Made by a program: the position numbers and the translations under genes. The notes beneath the pieces were generated by a model. It ran no database searches. It was not told the origin of the DNA and worked only from the letters and a program-made list of their open reading frames with translations. Below are positions 28,472-41,684 of a stretch of 64,000 nucleotides of DNA, in pieces. Positions within the stretch are counted from its first letter, which is position 1. Every line of letters begins with the position of its first letter. Where the stretch lies: assembly GCF_009914755.1 (NCBI RefSeq), contig NC_060947.1; one strand, given 5' to 3'. The stretch is from the human T2T-CHM13v2.0 reference genome, Homo sapiens.

Positions 28472-28950
28472 TATTATTATTATTGAGATATAATTCTCAC
28501 ACCATAAAAATCACCATTCTAAATTGTACAATCCAGTGACTTACAGTACATTTGCAATGTTGTGCAACCATCACCACCACTTCTAGAACATTTCTATCAC
28601 CCCCAAGATAAACCCCATATGAATTAACCGTCACTCCCCATTCATTCTTCTCCCCAGCTCTTGGCAACTACAAATCTATTTTCTGTCTTTATGGATTTGC
28701 CTCTTCTAGACATCTCATATAAATGGAATCAGAAGGGTCCTTTGTTTCTAGATTCTTTCACTGAGCATAATGTTTTTGAGGTTCATCCACATTGTAGTAT
28801 GTATCAGAACTTCATTTCTTTTTATGGCTGAACACTATTTCATGACATGGATATATCACATTTTGTTTGTCTTCTCACCACTTGATAGGCATTTGAGTTG
28901 TTTATATTTCTCAGCTATTATAAATAATGTTGCTATGAAAATTTGTGTAT
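28472..28950 (-). mobile_element. L1MB-type 3' fragment nested in L2
   Basis: ttattgagatataattctcacaccataaaaatcacc...ttgtgcaaccatcaccac...gacatctcatataaatggaatc. Confidence 0.8.
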
Positions 28951-29121
28951 CCATTCTCTCTTAAGAGAATATTCTACTCAGGCTTTGGTCCCTCATGTGT
29001 CACAGCGCCTGCTCTTCACAGTGCTAAATCAAGTGGTCAATTCTAAGTCCTCATCTTACTTATCAGGAGTATTTGGCACAGCGGCTCACTCTTTCCTCCT
29101 GGAATCACCTGTTTTATTTGG

Positions 29122-29492
29122 TGCTATGGTCTGAATTTGTCCCCCTAAATTCAAATATTGAGACTGAACTGCCGATGTGATAGTACTAACAGGTGAGGCC
29201 TTTAGGAGGTGATTAGGTCATGTTGTCTCTGCCTTCATGAATGCAATTAGCAATCTTACAAAAGAGCTGGAGAGAGCCAGCTAGGTCCCTTTTCACTGTC
29301 CCCCTTCTGTCATATAAGGACTCAGCAGGCAGTGCCATTTTGGAAGCAGAGAGTAGCCCTCACCAGACACTGACTCTGCTGGCATCTTGACCTTGAACTT
29401 CCCAACCTCCAGAACTGTGAAAAATAAATTTGTTCTTGATTAATTACCCAGTAAAAGGTATTTTGTTATAGCAGCACAAACAGATTAACACA
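29122..29492 (+). mobile_element. MaLR solo LTR (MSTD-like)
   Basis: TGCTATGGTCTGAAT...ttttgttatagcagcacaaacagattaacaCA; flanking pentamers TTTGG and GTTGG. Confidence 0.8.
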
Positions 29493-29591
29493 GTTGGCTT
29501 CCAGGACATTCCACTCTCCTAGTTTTCTTTCCACTTCACTGGCCTTTCCTTCTCAGTGTCTTTTGCTGGTTCCTCTTCATACCCTCAACTC

Positions 29592-30068
<477 letters not shown>

Positions 30069-31254
30069 TAGACTCATATATCCAATTGTCTACCTGATAT
30101 TTTCACTTAGATGCCTAACTAAATTGATCATATCCAAAACTGAATTCCCAATCTCCCACCTCACAACCTTCCAGTATAATATGTTCCTTGTATAGTCTTC
30201 CCCTCTTGGTAAATGAAAACCAGTTGCTCAGGCCAAAACCTTTGAAGGTATCTCTGACCCCTCTTTCTCCCACACTCAATACTCAATCTCTCTATAAGTC
30301 CTGATAGCTCTACTGTCAAAATGTATTCAGAATTTTAGCACCTCTTACTGGCCCAACTCCCTGGTCCAAGTCATCATCTTTTGCCTGCATTATTGCAATA
30401 GTTCCTCCTGCTTCCCAGTTAGGTTCCCCTGTTTCCACTACACAGTCCATTTGTAATACAGTGTGATTTTTTAAAAAATGAAAGTTGGCTTATATCACTT
30501 CTTTACTCAAAACTCTCCAGTGGCTCCACTTCTTAGAGTAAAATTCAAAGTCTTTACAGTGGCCTACAAGGCCCTACATGAAGTAGTTCTGGTTACTTAA
30601 TTGATTTCATGTCCTCATTAACCTTACTCATTCCACTTCCATCACAATGGCTGCCTTACTCTTCCTTGAATGTGTCAGGCTTACTCCTGCTGCAGGGCAT
30701 TTATACTTGCTCTTCCCTTTGCCTGGAATACCCCTCATACCACCCCCCACCCCCCAGATATTCATATGGCTTACTCTTACCTCCTACAGATCTTTATGCA
30801 AAAGTCACCTTCTTTCTTGGTGAGGCCTTTCCTGTCCACCCAATCTGAAATAAAAACCTCTTCTGCTCCACCCACTTGATCTCCCTTACTTTACTAGATT
30901 TTTCTCCATAGAACTTATCACCATTTGAAATTGTATACATCTTCCTCATCTTCCTCCAGTACAATATAAGTTCCATAAAAGTAGGGATTTTTATCTGTTT
31001 TATTCATAGCTATATCCCCAGCGCCTAGAACATTGTATGGTATGTAGTAGGTGCTCATGTGTTTGTTGAATAAATACATGAATGGTTGAACTGGTTCTTT
31101 TGAAAACTAGTTAATACTTCAGCCATCTCTTGCTGGGGGACTGAATTCCACCATTAGCTTTCAAAATAGTTGTTTGCCTAATTTCAGCTGCAGTGTGATC
31201 CGGCTTGAGTTTTTAAAAAAGACATTAAAACTTCTCATTAGAAATTTTATCTTT

Positions 31255-31495
31255 TCTAAGGGTAGTATATTTAAAAACACAGGCTCTTGCTGGTTGAATC
31301 CTGGGTATTTATGTGAATCAGGACAAGTTAACTATTTTGTCCTTCAGTTTTCTCATCCATAAAGTGGGCATACTTAGGGGCACCTATCCCATGTTATTAT
31401 GGGGATCAAATAAAGTCACATATGTAAATTACCTAGCCCAGTACCTGGCACTTAGTAAATCTTTAGCTAACCGTAGCTTTTATTACTCTTATTAA
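31255..31495 (+). mobile_element. MIR SINE
   Basis: ggacaagttaactattttgtccttcagttttctcatccataaagtggg...ctagcccagtacctggcacttagtaa. Confidence 0.75.
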
Positions 31496-32698
31496 GATGG
31501 AAGAGAATTACTTTCAAAAAACAGAGGAAGACTTGCAACTGAAACAACTGAATACATTTTTCTAAGTGAAACCAAAATAGCTGTCTGGCTCTTTTGTACA
31601 GATGGCATTTCTTTGGAAAATGATCCAAAACTTGAAGGCCAATTGTTTTGTCCCTTTCTTCAAGAGGCTTTCATGGGACTGGACATATTCTCTATATCCT
31701 CCCAAAATAGTCACACTTGGAACCCCTTATACTTTAACATCTCCACTTCTCACATTCTTCAACTTTGATGCCATTCCAGACTCTGAATTCAGATTCCATG
31801 GATTAGCTCAGTCAGTATACTGGTAAAAAACTCAGCAATTCCTTTTGTGGGGAAAATGCTTCCCGAGTGCCAAAAGACCAGCTTTCTAGATGGGCTTACT
31901 TGCAAACAAGGTCATCCATGCCTTAAAAGGCAAGGACAATGGTCTCTATTTCTGTGTTACGGCACCTCCTAGTAGCTTGCTGTCAGACACATTTTGTGTT
32001 AGTTCCCCATTAAACAAAGTTATCACAGTTCCAGTCTATAAATGCCAAAATGTGCTGGATTATTCAACTTGTGCAGGGACCCTGAGGAAGCCCAATCCCG
32101 TACAGAGCATTTGGCTCTTCCTTTTACAGAAGCAGCCAATGGAATGGAGCCTCTCCTATTCAGCATTTGCCCCACATAATTCTTCTCTTGCTTTCCAGGG
32201 TCCACTTCTTATATTTGAACTTCTCTCTTACCTCCCACAGCAACTTATACTGAGCTGGGCTGGGCTGGGCATACATTCATTTATTCATTCATTAAACCCC
32301 ACAGGGCTCAATAAATAGTTGTTAAGTCACACTGCTTCTTTGCTGCTTTAGAACTACAGTTTTGTTATTTAAATGAAATTGTACCTTATCTTCCCAGGGA
32401 TGTTGTAAATTTCTTGAGTACTTGTACTTCTACCTCATTCCTGTCTCCTGCAGTGCCACACTTGAGTCTTCCTTGATGCAGTCTGTTTTTATTATTATGC
32501 TCTGCAAACTGCTCTGGAAAAACGGGTCTGAACTCTAGGAATTAGGTAAAATTTTCTCCTTGACTTTTCATTTTTTAAAATGGTGGTTGTTAGGAGAAAA
32601 CAGCATGCAACACTCAGCAATTACTAAGGCATTTTCCCAGTATAATACAATTTCAAATAAAAACCTAACAAAGCCCATGTCAAGAATTAGAAACTTAC

Positions 32699-33209
32699 TC
32701 ATAAACGGTTGTCCATCCATTTTCGTTACTTTTGGTAGCCAGAAGCCCTGTGTTTCCTGGATAGGTCATTAAGGCCAGATTATAGCCTTGGGCTGACACT
32801 CTTTTCAGGACTCCATTGCTGCTTATAGTCAGCCAGTATACTTGTCCGCCAGGCACCACAAGCCATAGCGGCATTCCGCCTGCATCACGGCGAATGTGCA
32901 CTGAATTGCCATTGCTGCTGGTAATCGCGCCCAAGTCACCTTCAGAATTGTAGGTGAAGTTATAAACATAGTCCCTTGTTATCAAGTTCAGGGTGTGTAG
33001 GTGGGTTCCATTTACAGTGAACTGGTACAGTTCCTGATCAGCGGGTGAAGCAATCTCATAAATGTTCATGTCATTCAGGTGGGCTTGGTTCCTGCTGATG
33101 GTACGAATTCGAACATTTCCGAGGTCTGCCACATAGAGGGTTCCATCAGGCGACACTGCTAAGGAGGAAGGGGCTTTCATCTTTGCATCTTTGGCATAGC
33201 CACCATCAC
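32699..33209 (-). CDS. TENM1: Teneurin-1 coding exon (last NHL repeat and linker into the YD shell), 511 nt, phase 1/2
   Basis: (G)[61 protein letters not shown]...[22 protein letters not shown](E); acceptor cccacag|GT, donor GA|gtaagt. Confidence 0.98.
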
Positions 33210-34659
33210 CTGTGGGAGAAAGACTTGATTTTAACAATTGGCATCATAAGCATTTACATGAACATACCACAGACATAAAGCTCTGTGCATCAAGAATCAT
33301 TTTAAAGGAAACAATCAGTGAACCAACATTCTCTGTATTCCCTCCCTGAAAAATATGAAGCCTATTATTCAAAAGATTGTAATTCTTGAGTCAGTACCAC
33401 TGCAGATGAACAGTAAGATCTAATTATCTCAGTTATACCAATTTTGTGAAATCCTCAATCCTGCTGTTCAGAATCTATTGTATTATAAGAAACAAGAACT
33501 GCAAATAATGATAGCCACACAAAATTTGGCTGGAAATATGAGAGTTATGCCTGTCAATGCTTTCAGGATCTGTTTCAGGACTTTCCAGTCCTACTGTGCC
33601 TAGATGCCCTTTCTTCTGTTAATTCCCATTGTCACACTGTCAAAGTACACTAAGTCTATAAGTACAACAATGATTCAGAACATCAAATTTGATACCTGGA
33701 ATAAACATTAGATTTGCTTTGACCGAAAGATACAAATTAGCAAAATATCTATAAAACTAATTGTCGAAGAAAACATTGGAAATATTGATCAAAAGTCATA
33801 TTGACCAAATTGCTCACTCCTGACTCCTCTGGCCTAAGGAAAGGCAAAGGTTAAGAGAACCATTCGGGCCTGGATGAACAGTTTAATAGCACTGCGTGTA
33901 GTATGGAGGGATTTCCACATCCCAGCAATAATTGTATCTGTTGACATTAAGAGGACCGTTTGCCATCTGAGATATCCACTACATGTTTTGGGGAGAAGGC
34001 TCTTTTTTTTTTTTTTTTCCAATTTCGATTAGAAGAAAACTTCACTATGGGTTATTGAGAAAGTCTTAGCTTTTTAAAAAGCAATGTATCTAGCAGACCA
34101 ATGTCCTGAGAACTCTCCATTGCCAGATTTAATTTTGCTCATCTATCCCAAAGACAGTCTGTTCTTAGTCCCTTTGAGTCTCAAATAGCACATGCTTTTA
34201 ATCTGAAAACCAACCACTTATGGGGAAGTAATTTTTTCCTCAGCTAAACCAGTAAATGTGGGTTTTACCTAGTTTTCCTTTCTCTAAAGTACAAATATTT
34301 AATAATATCATGATCTTTCATTTGTATAGTGGTCTCAACTTTTTAAGAGTCTAAACATTTTTATTACACTAGTTTATCCTCAGAATAGCAAGGTGATATA
34401 ACTGAGACAATGCCATCTTTATTAAACAAATGAAGCAAATGAGTCATGAAGAGATCTTGCAGCTTTGCTAGGGTCACTCAGTGAGTCAGTTGTGAGAACA
34501 AGTCGGTGATCTGACTCCTAATCCATCGCTTTCTCCACTAGCTCATACCAATGTTTGCAAGTAACACTTTGCTTTTCCTTTTCCTTTTGACTTTACTGGG
34601 GCACGTTTTTCTTTTCAAAACAGAGAGGGGAAGCTGGTGAATTGCTAAAAAGGTCATAC

Positions 34660-35026
34660 CTGAAAAACAGTCACAGTTTGGATCAATTTTGCAGTCACAG
34701 TCAGTGGGGGCACCAGCGATGATGTAGATCTCCCCATTGGTGGTTACTTGCTGAATGCGGTTTACTTTCCTCTCGTCTGTTTCAGCTATGAAGAGCAGCC
34801 CGCTGTGGGAGACACTGATGGCCCTCGCTGACTCTAGAGTGGAGTGAATTGCTACCTTGCTGACCAGGAAATGATCGATGCCTGGCACCTGGCAGTGAAT
34901 GGGGCGTCCTGCGATGATCCGAACACGCCTGTTCTCAGAAATTTGCAGCACAATGTTGTTATCCAAGACATACAATGAATTGTCCATAGGATTTACTGCA
35001 AGGTCTGTTGGCCACTCTAATCGCAC
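34660..35026 (-). CDS. TENM1: Teneurin-1 coding exon (NHL beta-propeller), 367 nt, phase 0/1
   Basis: [76 protein letters not shown]...[13 protein letters not shown](G); acceptor tttcacag|GTG, donor TCAG|gtatga. Confidence 0.98.
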
Positions 35027-35279
35027 CTGTGAAACGAACAGAACACATACCATTAGGTTACCATGTCTTTCCATGGACAGTTTTAACTTGAAAAAAAGAA
35101 AAAAAAATTGGTGTATTGTTTCCCCCGTCTTATGAATTTTAGCAACATTGGTGATGTCTCGGAAAGTGGAGGGCAGGGGGAGGATGGTTAATCACATGTT
35201 CTGGTAAACGTACTTATCATTTATGCCATTTACAATATAATGTAATTTTTTCCAATAATTTCAGAAGGATCATTTAGAG

Positions 35280-35434
35280 TAGAGGTTTTCAAAGTGTGTT
35301 CTCTGGATCAGCAGCAACAGTATTATCTGGGAACTTGTGAGAAATGCAAATTCTCAGGTCCCACCCTAGATCTATTGAATCAGAAACCCTGGAGGTGGGG
35401 ACCCAAACATCTGTGTTTTGCCAAGGTGATTCTG
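35280..35434 (+). mobile_element. MER5A (hAT-Charlie) relic
   Basis: ggttttcaaagtgtg...cagcagc...ctgggaacttgtgagaaatgcaaattctcaggtcccacc...gaatcagaaaccctgg. Confidence 0.85.
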
Positions 35435-36199
35435 GGGATCATTGCTGTAGGAATTCCGGTAGCTATGATACTCAAATCTCTCTCACTGTCCTGTAGACGT
35501 ATAGGAGAGCAAAGTCATACAGGTTTCTGGGTGACAGAATGCCAGAGAAGCCAGATTTTACTCAATGAGCAACCTTTTGCAACAGGACCTGCTATTAGCA
35601 TAGACCTAGCATCCACTTTGTGGAACACTCAGGTACAGTTCGTCAGCTGTTGATTTAGAATCCTGGGGTGTAGCACACTGCTTACTTAGCTTGACCTGGT
35701 TCACTCCATAGGTTCCCCTTTTTAGCAAAGAAACAGGTTGTTTTTTTCTTTCACTGAGTATTCGCTGAGTACCTTTCTCTGGGTTAAGCCTTGTGCTAAG
35801 CTTTGGGGGCTCAAAAATGACTACGACACGGCCTCTGTCCTCAAATGATTTGTGGTATAGTAGAGCCCTCAGAGGAACCATTAGACAATTACTCTCCACG
35901 TTATGAAAAGAAGGCAACAGAGGGGATAAGATAGCACTTCACCTGGACTAGGAGTCAGGAGGCAAGATATTCCCAGAGCAGGTGGTACCTAAGTAAGGTC
36001 TGAAATGAACAGTAGGAGAAGAATTGGGTGGAAGTTGAGGGGGGAGGGGCATCAGAGTTGAGGAAAATCTGGGTACTAGGAAAAGCATGGGTGAAAGTCC
36101 AGAGGTTAAAGACAGCATGGCCCATCCAGGTTACTAAAACTAATTCAGTAAGACTAATAATAGGCTGGGTGTGAGGGAGACCTGAGGGATGAGGCCAGG

Positions 36200-36583
36200 T
36201 GTTATGGACTAAATTGTGTCCTCCCCAACTTCATATGTTGAAGCCCTAACCCCCAGTGTGACTGTATTTGTAGACAGGGCCTTCAAAGAGGTAGTTTAGA
36301 TTACATGAGATCATAAGGGTGGGGATCTAATCCAACAGGACTGATGTCTCTCCAATAAGAGGAAGAGATACCAGGAATGCTTACGCACAGAGGGATGACT
36401 ATATGAGGACACAGCTAGAAAGCAGCCACCTGCAAGCCAAAGAGAGACACCTCAGAAGAAACTAAACTCACCAACACCTTGATCTTAGATTTCTAGCCTC
36501 CAGAAGTATGAGAAAATACATTTCTGTTGTTTAAGCCATTCAGTCTATAGTATTTTGTATGGCTGCCCTAGCAGACTAATATA
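36200..36583 (+). mobile_element. MaLR solo LTR (MLT1B-like)
   Basis: TGTTATGGACTAAATTGTGTCC...ttcatatgttgaagccctaaccccc...gccctagcagactaatata; flanks CCAGG and TCAGG. Confidence 0.85.
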
Positions 36584-36676
36584 TCAGGTGCTCTGGTTTG
36601 AATGTGTCCCCCAAATATCATGTGTTGGAAACTTAATCCTCAAATTCATATGCTGATGGCATTTGGAGGTGGGGCC

Positions 36677-37802
36677 ATATCCATCACCTCAAGCATTTAT
36701 CATTTCTTTGTGTTAAGAACGTTTAAAATCCACTCTTGCAGCTATTTGAAAATATATAACAAATTGTTGTTTATTATAGTCACTCTATAATGCTCTAGAA
36801 CACTAGAACTTAGTCTTCCTACTTAGTGGTAGTTTTATATCCATTAAGCAACCTCTGGCTATCCCTGTCCACCTTCCCAACCTCTAGTAACCACTATTCT
36901 ACTTTCTGCTTTTATGAGGTCAACCTTTTTAGCTTCCATATATGAGTGAGAACATGGGGTATTTATCTTTCTGTGCCTGGCTTATTTCACTTAACGTAGT
37001 GTCTGATATGGTTTGGATCTGTGTTCCTGCCCAAATATCATGTTCAATTGTAATCCCCAGTGTTGGAAGTGGGTCCTGGTGGAAAGTGACTGGATCATGG
37101 GGGTGAAGTTCTTATGACTGATTTAGTACTGTCCCCCCTTGGTACTGTATAGTGAGTTCTCATGAGACGGGGTTGTTTAAAAGTGTGTAGCACCTTCCCC
37201 TTCTCTCTCTCTTCCTCCTGCTCTGGCCATGTGAGGTGCCAGCTCCCCTTCACCTTGGCTATGACTGTAAGTTTCCTGAGGCCTCCCTAAAAGCCAAGCA
37301 GATGCCAGAATCATGCTTCTTGTACAGCCTGTGAAACCGTGAGCCAATGAAACCTCTTTTCTTTATAAATTACCCAGTCTCAGGTATTTCTTTATAGCAG
37401 TGTAAGAATGGATTAATACGGTGTCCTCCAAGCTCATTTATGTTGCCACAAATGACAGAATTTTGTTCTTTTTTGTTGCTAAGTAGTACTCCACAGTGTA
37501 TATGTACCACATTTTCTTTATCCATTCATCTGTCGATAGACACTTAGGTTGAGTTCATGTCTTAGCTGTTGCAAATAGTGCAGCTATCTCTTTGACATAC
37601 TGATTTCCTTTACTTTTCTGAATCATAACAGTTCTATTTTTAATTTTTTGAGGAAACTCCATATTGTTTTCCATAATGGCTGTACTAATTTACATTTTCC
37701 TTTCTCTGCAACTCACCAGCATTTTTTTTTGTCATTCTGATAACAGCCATTCCAACTGGGGTGAGATGATATCTCATTGTGGTTTTGATTTGCATTTCTC
37801 TG
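36677..37802 (-). mobile_element. L1MA-type fragment lacking a tail, itself split by an MSTB LTR
   Basis: atatccatcacctcaagcatttatcatttctttgtg...gtgagaacatg...ggcttatttcacttaac, resuming at 37421 and ending gatatctcattgtggttttgatttgcatttctctg. Confidence 0.82.
37004..37420 (+). mobile_element. MaLR solo LTR (MSTB-like)
   Basis: TGATATGGTTTGGATCTGTG...ttacccagtctcaggtatttctttatagcag...taatacg; perfect 5-bp TSD GTGTC at 36999-37003 and 37421-37425. Confidence 0.9.
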
Positions 37803-38382
37803 TTTGAAAGATAATTAGGATTAGATAAGGTCATAAGGGTGGGGTCCCCATGATGGGACTGGTGGCTTTATAAGAAGAGGAAGACAGACTTGAGCTGGCA
37901 TGTTTTTGTCCTCTTGCCATATGATGCCATTCCACCATGTTATGATGCAGCAAAAATGCCCTCACCAGCTGCCAGTGCCATGCTCTTGGACTTCCCAGCC
38001 TTCAGAACCAAGAGCTAAATAAATGTTTTTCTTCATAAATTACCCAGTCTGTGATATTCTGTTATAGCAACAAAAAACAGACTAAAACATTGGGTAATAG
38101 AGGGAAGCACATGTCCAGTTTTGTTTTGATGGCTGTGGGAAGCCACTGAAGGGCTTTAAGTAGGGGTGTGAGATAGTCATATTTGGGTTCTAGACAGATC
38201 ATCCTGGCTGCTGTCCAGACCATATTAGAGAAGGAGGCGAGATAGGAGGGAGGCAGGCATTTAGGGGGCTCCTGCACGGGCCCAAGTTAGGGATTATGGT
38301 GCCTGAACTGGGATGGCAACAATGGGTATGGAGAAAAGCAGATGGATTTGAGACATGTTAAAGAGTTGGAAGCAAAAGGACT

Positions 38383-38383
<1 letters not shown>

Positions 38384-38427
<44 letters not shown>
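38384..38427. repeat. (GT)n microsatellite, about 22 units
   Basis: Perfect dinucleotide run. Confidence 0.97.
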
Positions 38428-38430
<3 letters not shown>

Positions 38431-40879
38431 GTGTGCCTTGTGCCAAGAGATGTGCTAGGCACTGGAGACATGCAGGCTAGCCAAACATGGCTTCACCTTA
38501 GTTCCTTTCTAGACACAGGAGTTGATTCAATGCCTACCCTGACATCTCCTTGACAGTAACTATTTATCCCTAGGTGTTTCTCAGGGAACTGTGTTCCACA
38601 CCATTCCCCACCCTACCACTCACTTGTTCTCTATTTCTTTTCTTTTAGGCTAAAGGCAGAAAAAAAGTCCCATTCATGGCCAAAATAGTAACAGTAATGT
38701 AGCCACTTTTCTTTTTTGCTTTGAGTGAAAGCCCACAGAAGGCTTTGTTTTTCTTGTGGAATCTGAAAGTCTGAAAACAAGGTATGAGCTGTCATTGCAT
38801 TCTGCGGCCTACTACTTCCCCAGCTCAAAGAGGCTTACAAGCAATCAGTAATGAAGTGGATAAAGGTCAATTTGAGATAAGGCCTTTCTTCTAATTGTGT
38901 CTCATTAGGGAGGGCAACTGGTGATGTTGTGAAGAGGACAAAGGTTGTCTTTGACCTCCTCTACTGCACCATGTGGGGCTCTTTGCCCATGTCTGAGTCT
39001 CTCCCATACATCCAGCAGCCTCATTCTGTTTCTATGTTTCTGTGTGCCTTCCACCTCTATCCACATAGACTGGCCTTCTCTGGTCAGTACCAGATGCTTC
39101 TGTGCAGCTAGGAATTTGAGTGCTAATGGGGTATAAAGCTGAGCTTGTGTTATGCATGTTCTACAGAGCCTTTCAGACTGAGGCCATCGGATAAACATTA
39201 AACACCAGCCTTAACAGCTCCCAGAGCAGTTTGCGGTGATGTGTTCCTCAGCACGTCTGTCTGAGGCCTTTGCATGTCAGTGCCCTGCCACTGAGAGGGA
39301 GAGTGAACGCCTGCTGCTTTGGAGGGCGCTGACTCCTCCACTGTGTGCCCCTGCCTTGGACCTCTATACACTATCATGCTTGTCCAGAAGCTGTCTGTGT
39401 GCACTGGTCCTACGGAGCATAGTCCCCCAGGAAATGAGCTGGGGCTGGCTGAGGAAGAGGAAATGAATTCATTTCCGTACAACACTCCCATTTTGATTGA
39501 GTCTCAAGTCAGTGACCCAGAAAAAACAAACCTGGCAGAAATGACGTTCTAATTATCCCCACTCTGGGAGCCGAGGCCAGGGCAGAGGCTGGGGACAGCA
39601 CACACCTGGCAGAAGCCAGAGAAGAAGCATGTTTCAGATTCTGTTTTTAGCTATCAAGGCTGCCTCTGAGATAAAGGCTGGTAGTTGGGAAATAAGCTGT
39701 TAAATTCTCCAACTCACCCAACCAGATTTAAACCAATACGATTGGTGTCATGTTTATTATATTTAATTTTGCCTCAAAAATACACCAGCTATTTTGTCTG
39801 TTTGTTTTCTTTTCCATGGAATAAGTCACCCTCCGGCATCTTCCTGTGACTAAAGTGCCCTTTCTGCTTCTGAGCCATTTTCTATACAAACTACACAGAT
39901 TCCCTTTAATTCCCATTTGATTTGGCCGGGCAGCTTGTCTATGCAATCTCCACAGATGAAAGATGTGTGGCTACTTAGTAGTTGAGAGTCTGCCTTTTCA
40001 GAAGCTGGACCTCTTCACCTCTCGTAGCTTGTCAGTTCCTTTTATGTCCTTCTCATGTTAAATACTCCTATTGCCAGGTAAGTTTTCAAGGAACTGGTGC
40101 CTTATGCTCACACAACAGAAATACTGTATTTACTACCAAGACATTTTCATAACATACAGCTTAATATAAGGAATGGAGTCTTTGAGCTGATTCTGACAGT
40201 TAGAATTAGTATCTACTAGTTGCAGAGAGACCCTAGAATTATATGATACTAAGGTGGGGCTAAGGTTGGCCCCCAATTGCTGCTACCATTTGTCCAAATG
40301 ATTTCTTGGGGTAAATAAACACTTCTTTTTTGGGGGGTGGGAACAGAGATTGAAGAGCAGCAGCAAAGCTCTGTAAACTCTGCCTAGTGACCCAACCTAC
40401 AGGCAAACTATTTGGCCTCATTTGTGGTGGTTGCCACACCTTGTAAAAATACATTAATTTGTTTGAAATGTCAAAATGCATTTAAGCTAAACTAGCATTA
40501 AAGGTCACTTGTGTAGCCGCCAGCTGGTGGAATGTGCCTATCTCCCAACAACCTTCCCTGAGAAATAACCCTGAGCATAAAGGAGCTCTTGGTCAGGATG
40601 TCAACCTTTGACAGCATTACGTCTTCCTCTGCTAATTGAAAACTTGCCTTGAAGGGAGTTGACTCTCAGGTCAACCAGTCCCATGATTGGTTTAGAGATC
40701 CAGCTAATTTTGACCTAAGTAGCAATTTATAAAGCAGCAGAATCCTATAGGGAGAAATTCATGTTTAAAAGCAATATCTAAATATAATCCCTTGGTTAGA
40801 CTAAACTGGAAAATGTCTAAATTATGTATAAGCCTAATCCCATACTGTATGCTCAAACCACCATTTGTATACTTGGGCT

Positions 40880-41110
40880 CCCTCCAACAGTTTGAGTCCT
40901 GGTTCCCACCCTTATTAGTATGTAACCCTTGGCAAATGAGGTATATTCTACGAGTCTCTGGTTTCCTCATCTGTAACAAAACGAGGAGGCTAGTGATAGT
41001 ATATCTACTTGTAAAGTTATTGTGTGGATTAAATGAGATAATGGTGTAAGTTGCTTAGCCCAGTGCCTGGCACATAGTAAGGGGTAGCAAGTGGTATTAA
41101 TAGTAATAAC
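40880..41110 (+). mobile_element. MIR SINE
   Basis: ggtttcctcatctgtaa...gtggattaaatgagataat...gcttagcccagtgcctggcacatagtaa. Confidence 0.8.
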
Positions 41111-41684
41111 AGTTTTATAGTCATAGACCTTTAGAGCTAGGAGGAACCTGGCCCAGTTACCATTCAATGTAGCTCCTTTTCAACTGTGTTTCCCAGACTT
41201 CAATTGTCCCTGTGCCACCTTTATGAGTTTTGCCTCACCCCTACATCACCTGCACTATTATTGACTTAATATTTTGCTTTAAATTGACTTCTAAAATGTG
41301 AATAGGTGCTGCCCCTTCCTTTGAACTGTTATGTAATCAATAACACATGAAATTACAGGCCCAGTCATCTGAGCCATTAATAGAAGTGACTACTGTTTAC
41401 TGAATGCCTGCTGGGTGTCAGGTACTTCATATGGTTTACCACTTGATATAAAAATTACCTGAGAAAAACTATTAACATCTCCACTCTCAGATATGTGCTT
41501 TTAGCCCCTATGCCATCTGATTCGTCATTCCCAAGACTGGACATGTTTCTTCATTCTTGTCTCACCAAATCTGGCCTCCCCTTATCCCCTTTTGAATCAA
41601 CCTAAAGGTTTCTCTCTTTGGCTGTGAAGGTCAAGACTTTTTATGAGTTGAGTGATTTATCTTTTTCTTTGTCATCTATTATCT

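Larger units (their letters stand above)
36589..38089 (+). mobile_element. MaLR solo LTR (MSTC/MLT1A1-like), split into 36589-36676 and 37803-38089
   Basis: TGCTCTGGTTTGAATGTGTCCC...ggaggtggggcc joins tttgaaagataattaggattagataaggtc...aacagactaaaaCA. Confidence 0.8.
35750..38380 (-). mobile_element. L2 fragment hosting a nested LTR/L1 cluster
   Basis: Antisense L2 motifs flank the cluster at 35750-36194 and 38095-38380 (gggaagccactgaagggctttaag...atcctggctgct). Confidence 0.65.

Noticed and set aside
35027-35074. N-terminal extension [16 protein letters not shown] on the NHL exon ORF as an alternative start
   Set aside because: It is the open intronic branch/pyrimidine region before a canonical acceptor, and no promoter evidence is visible.
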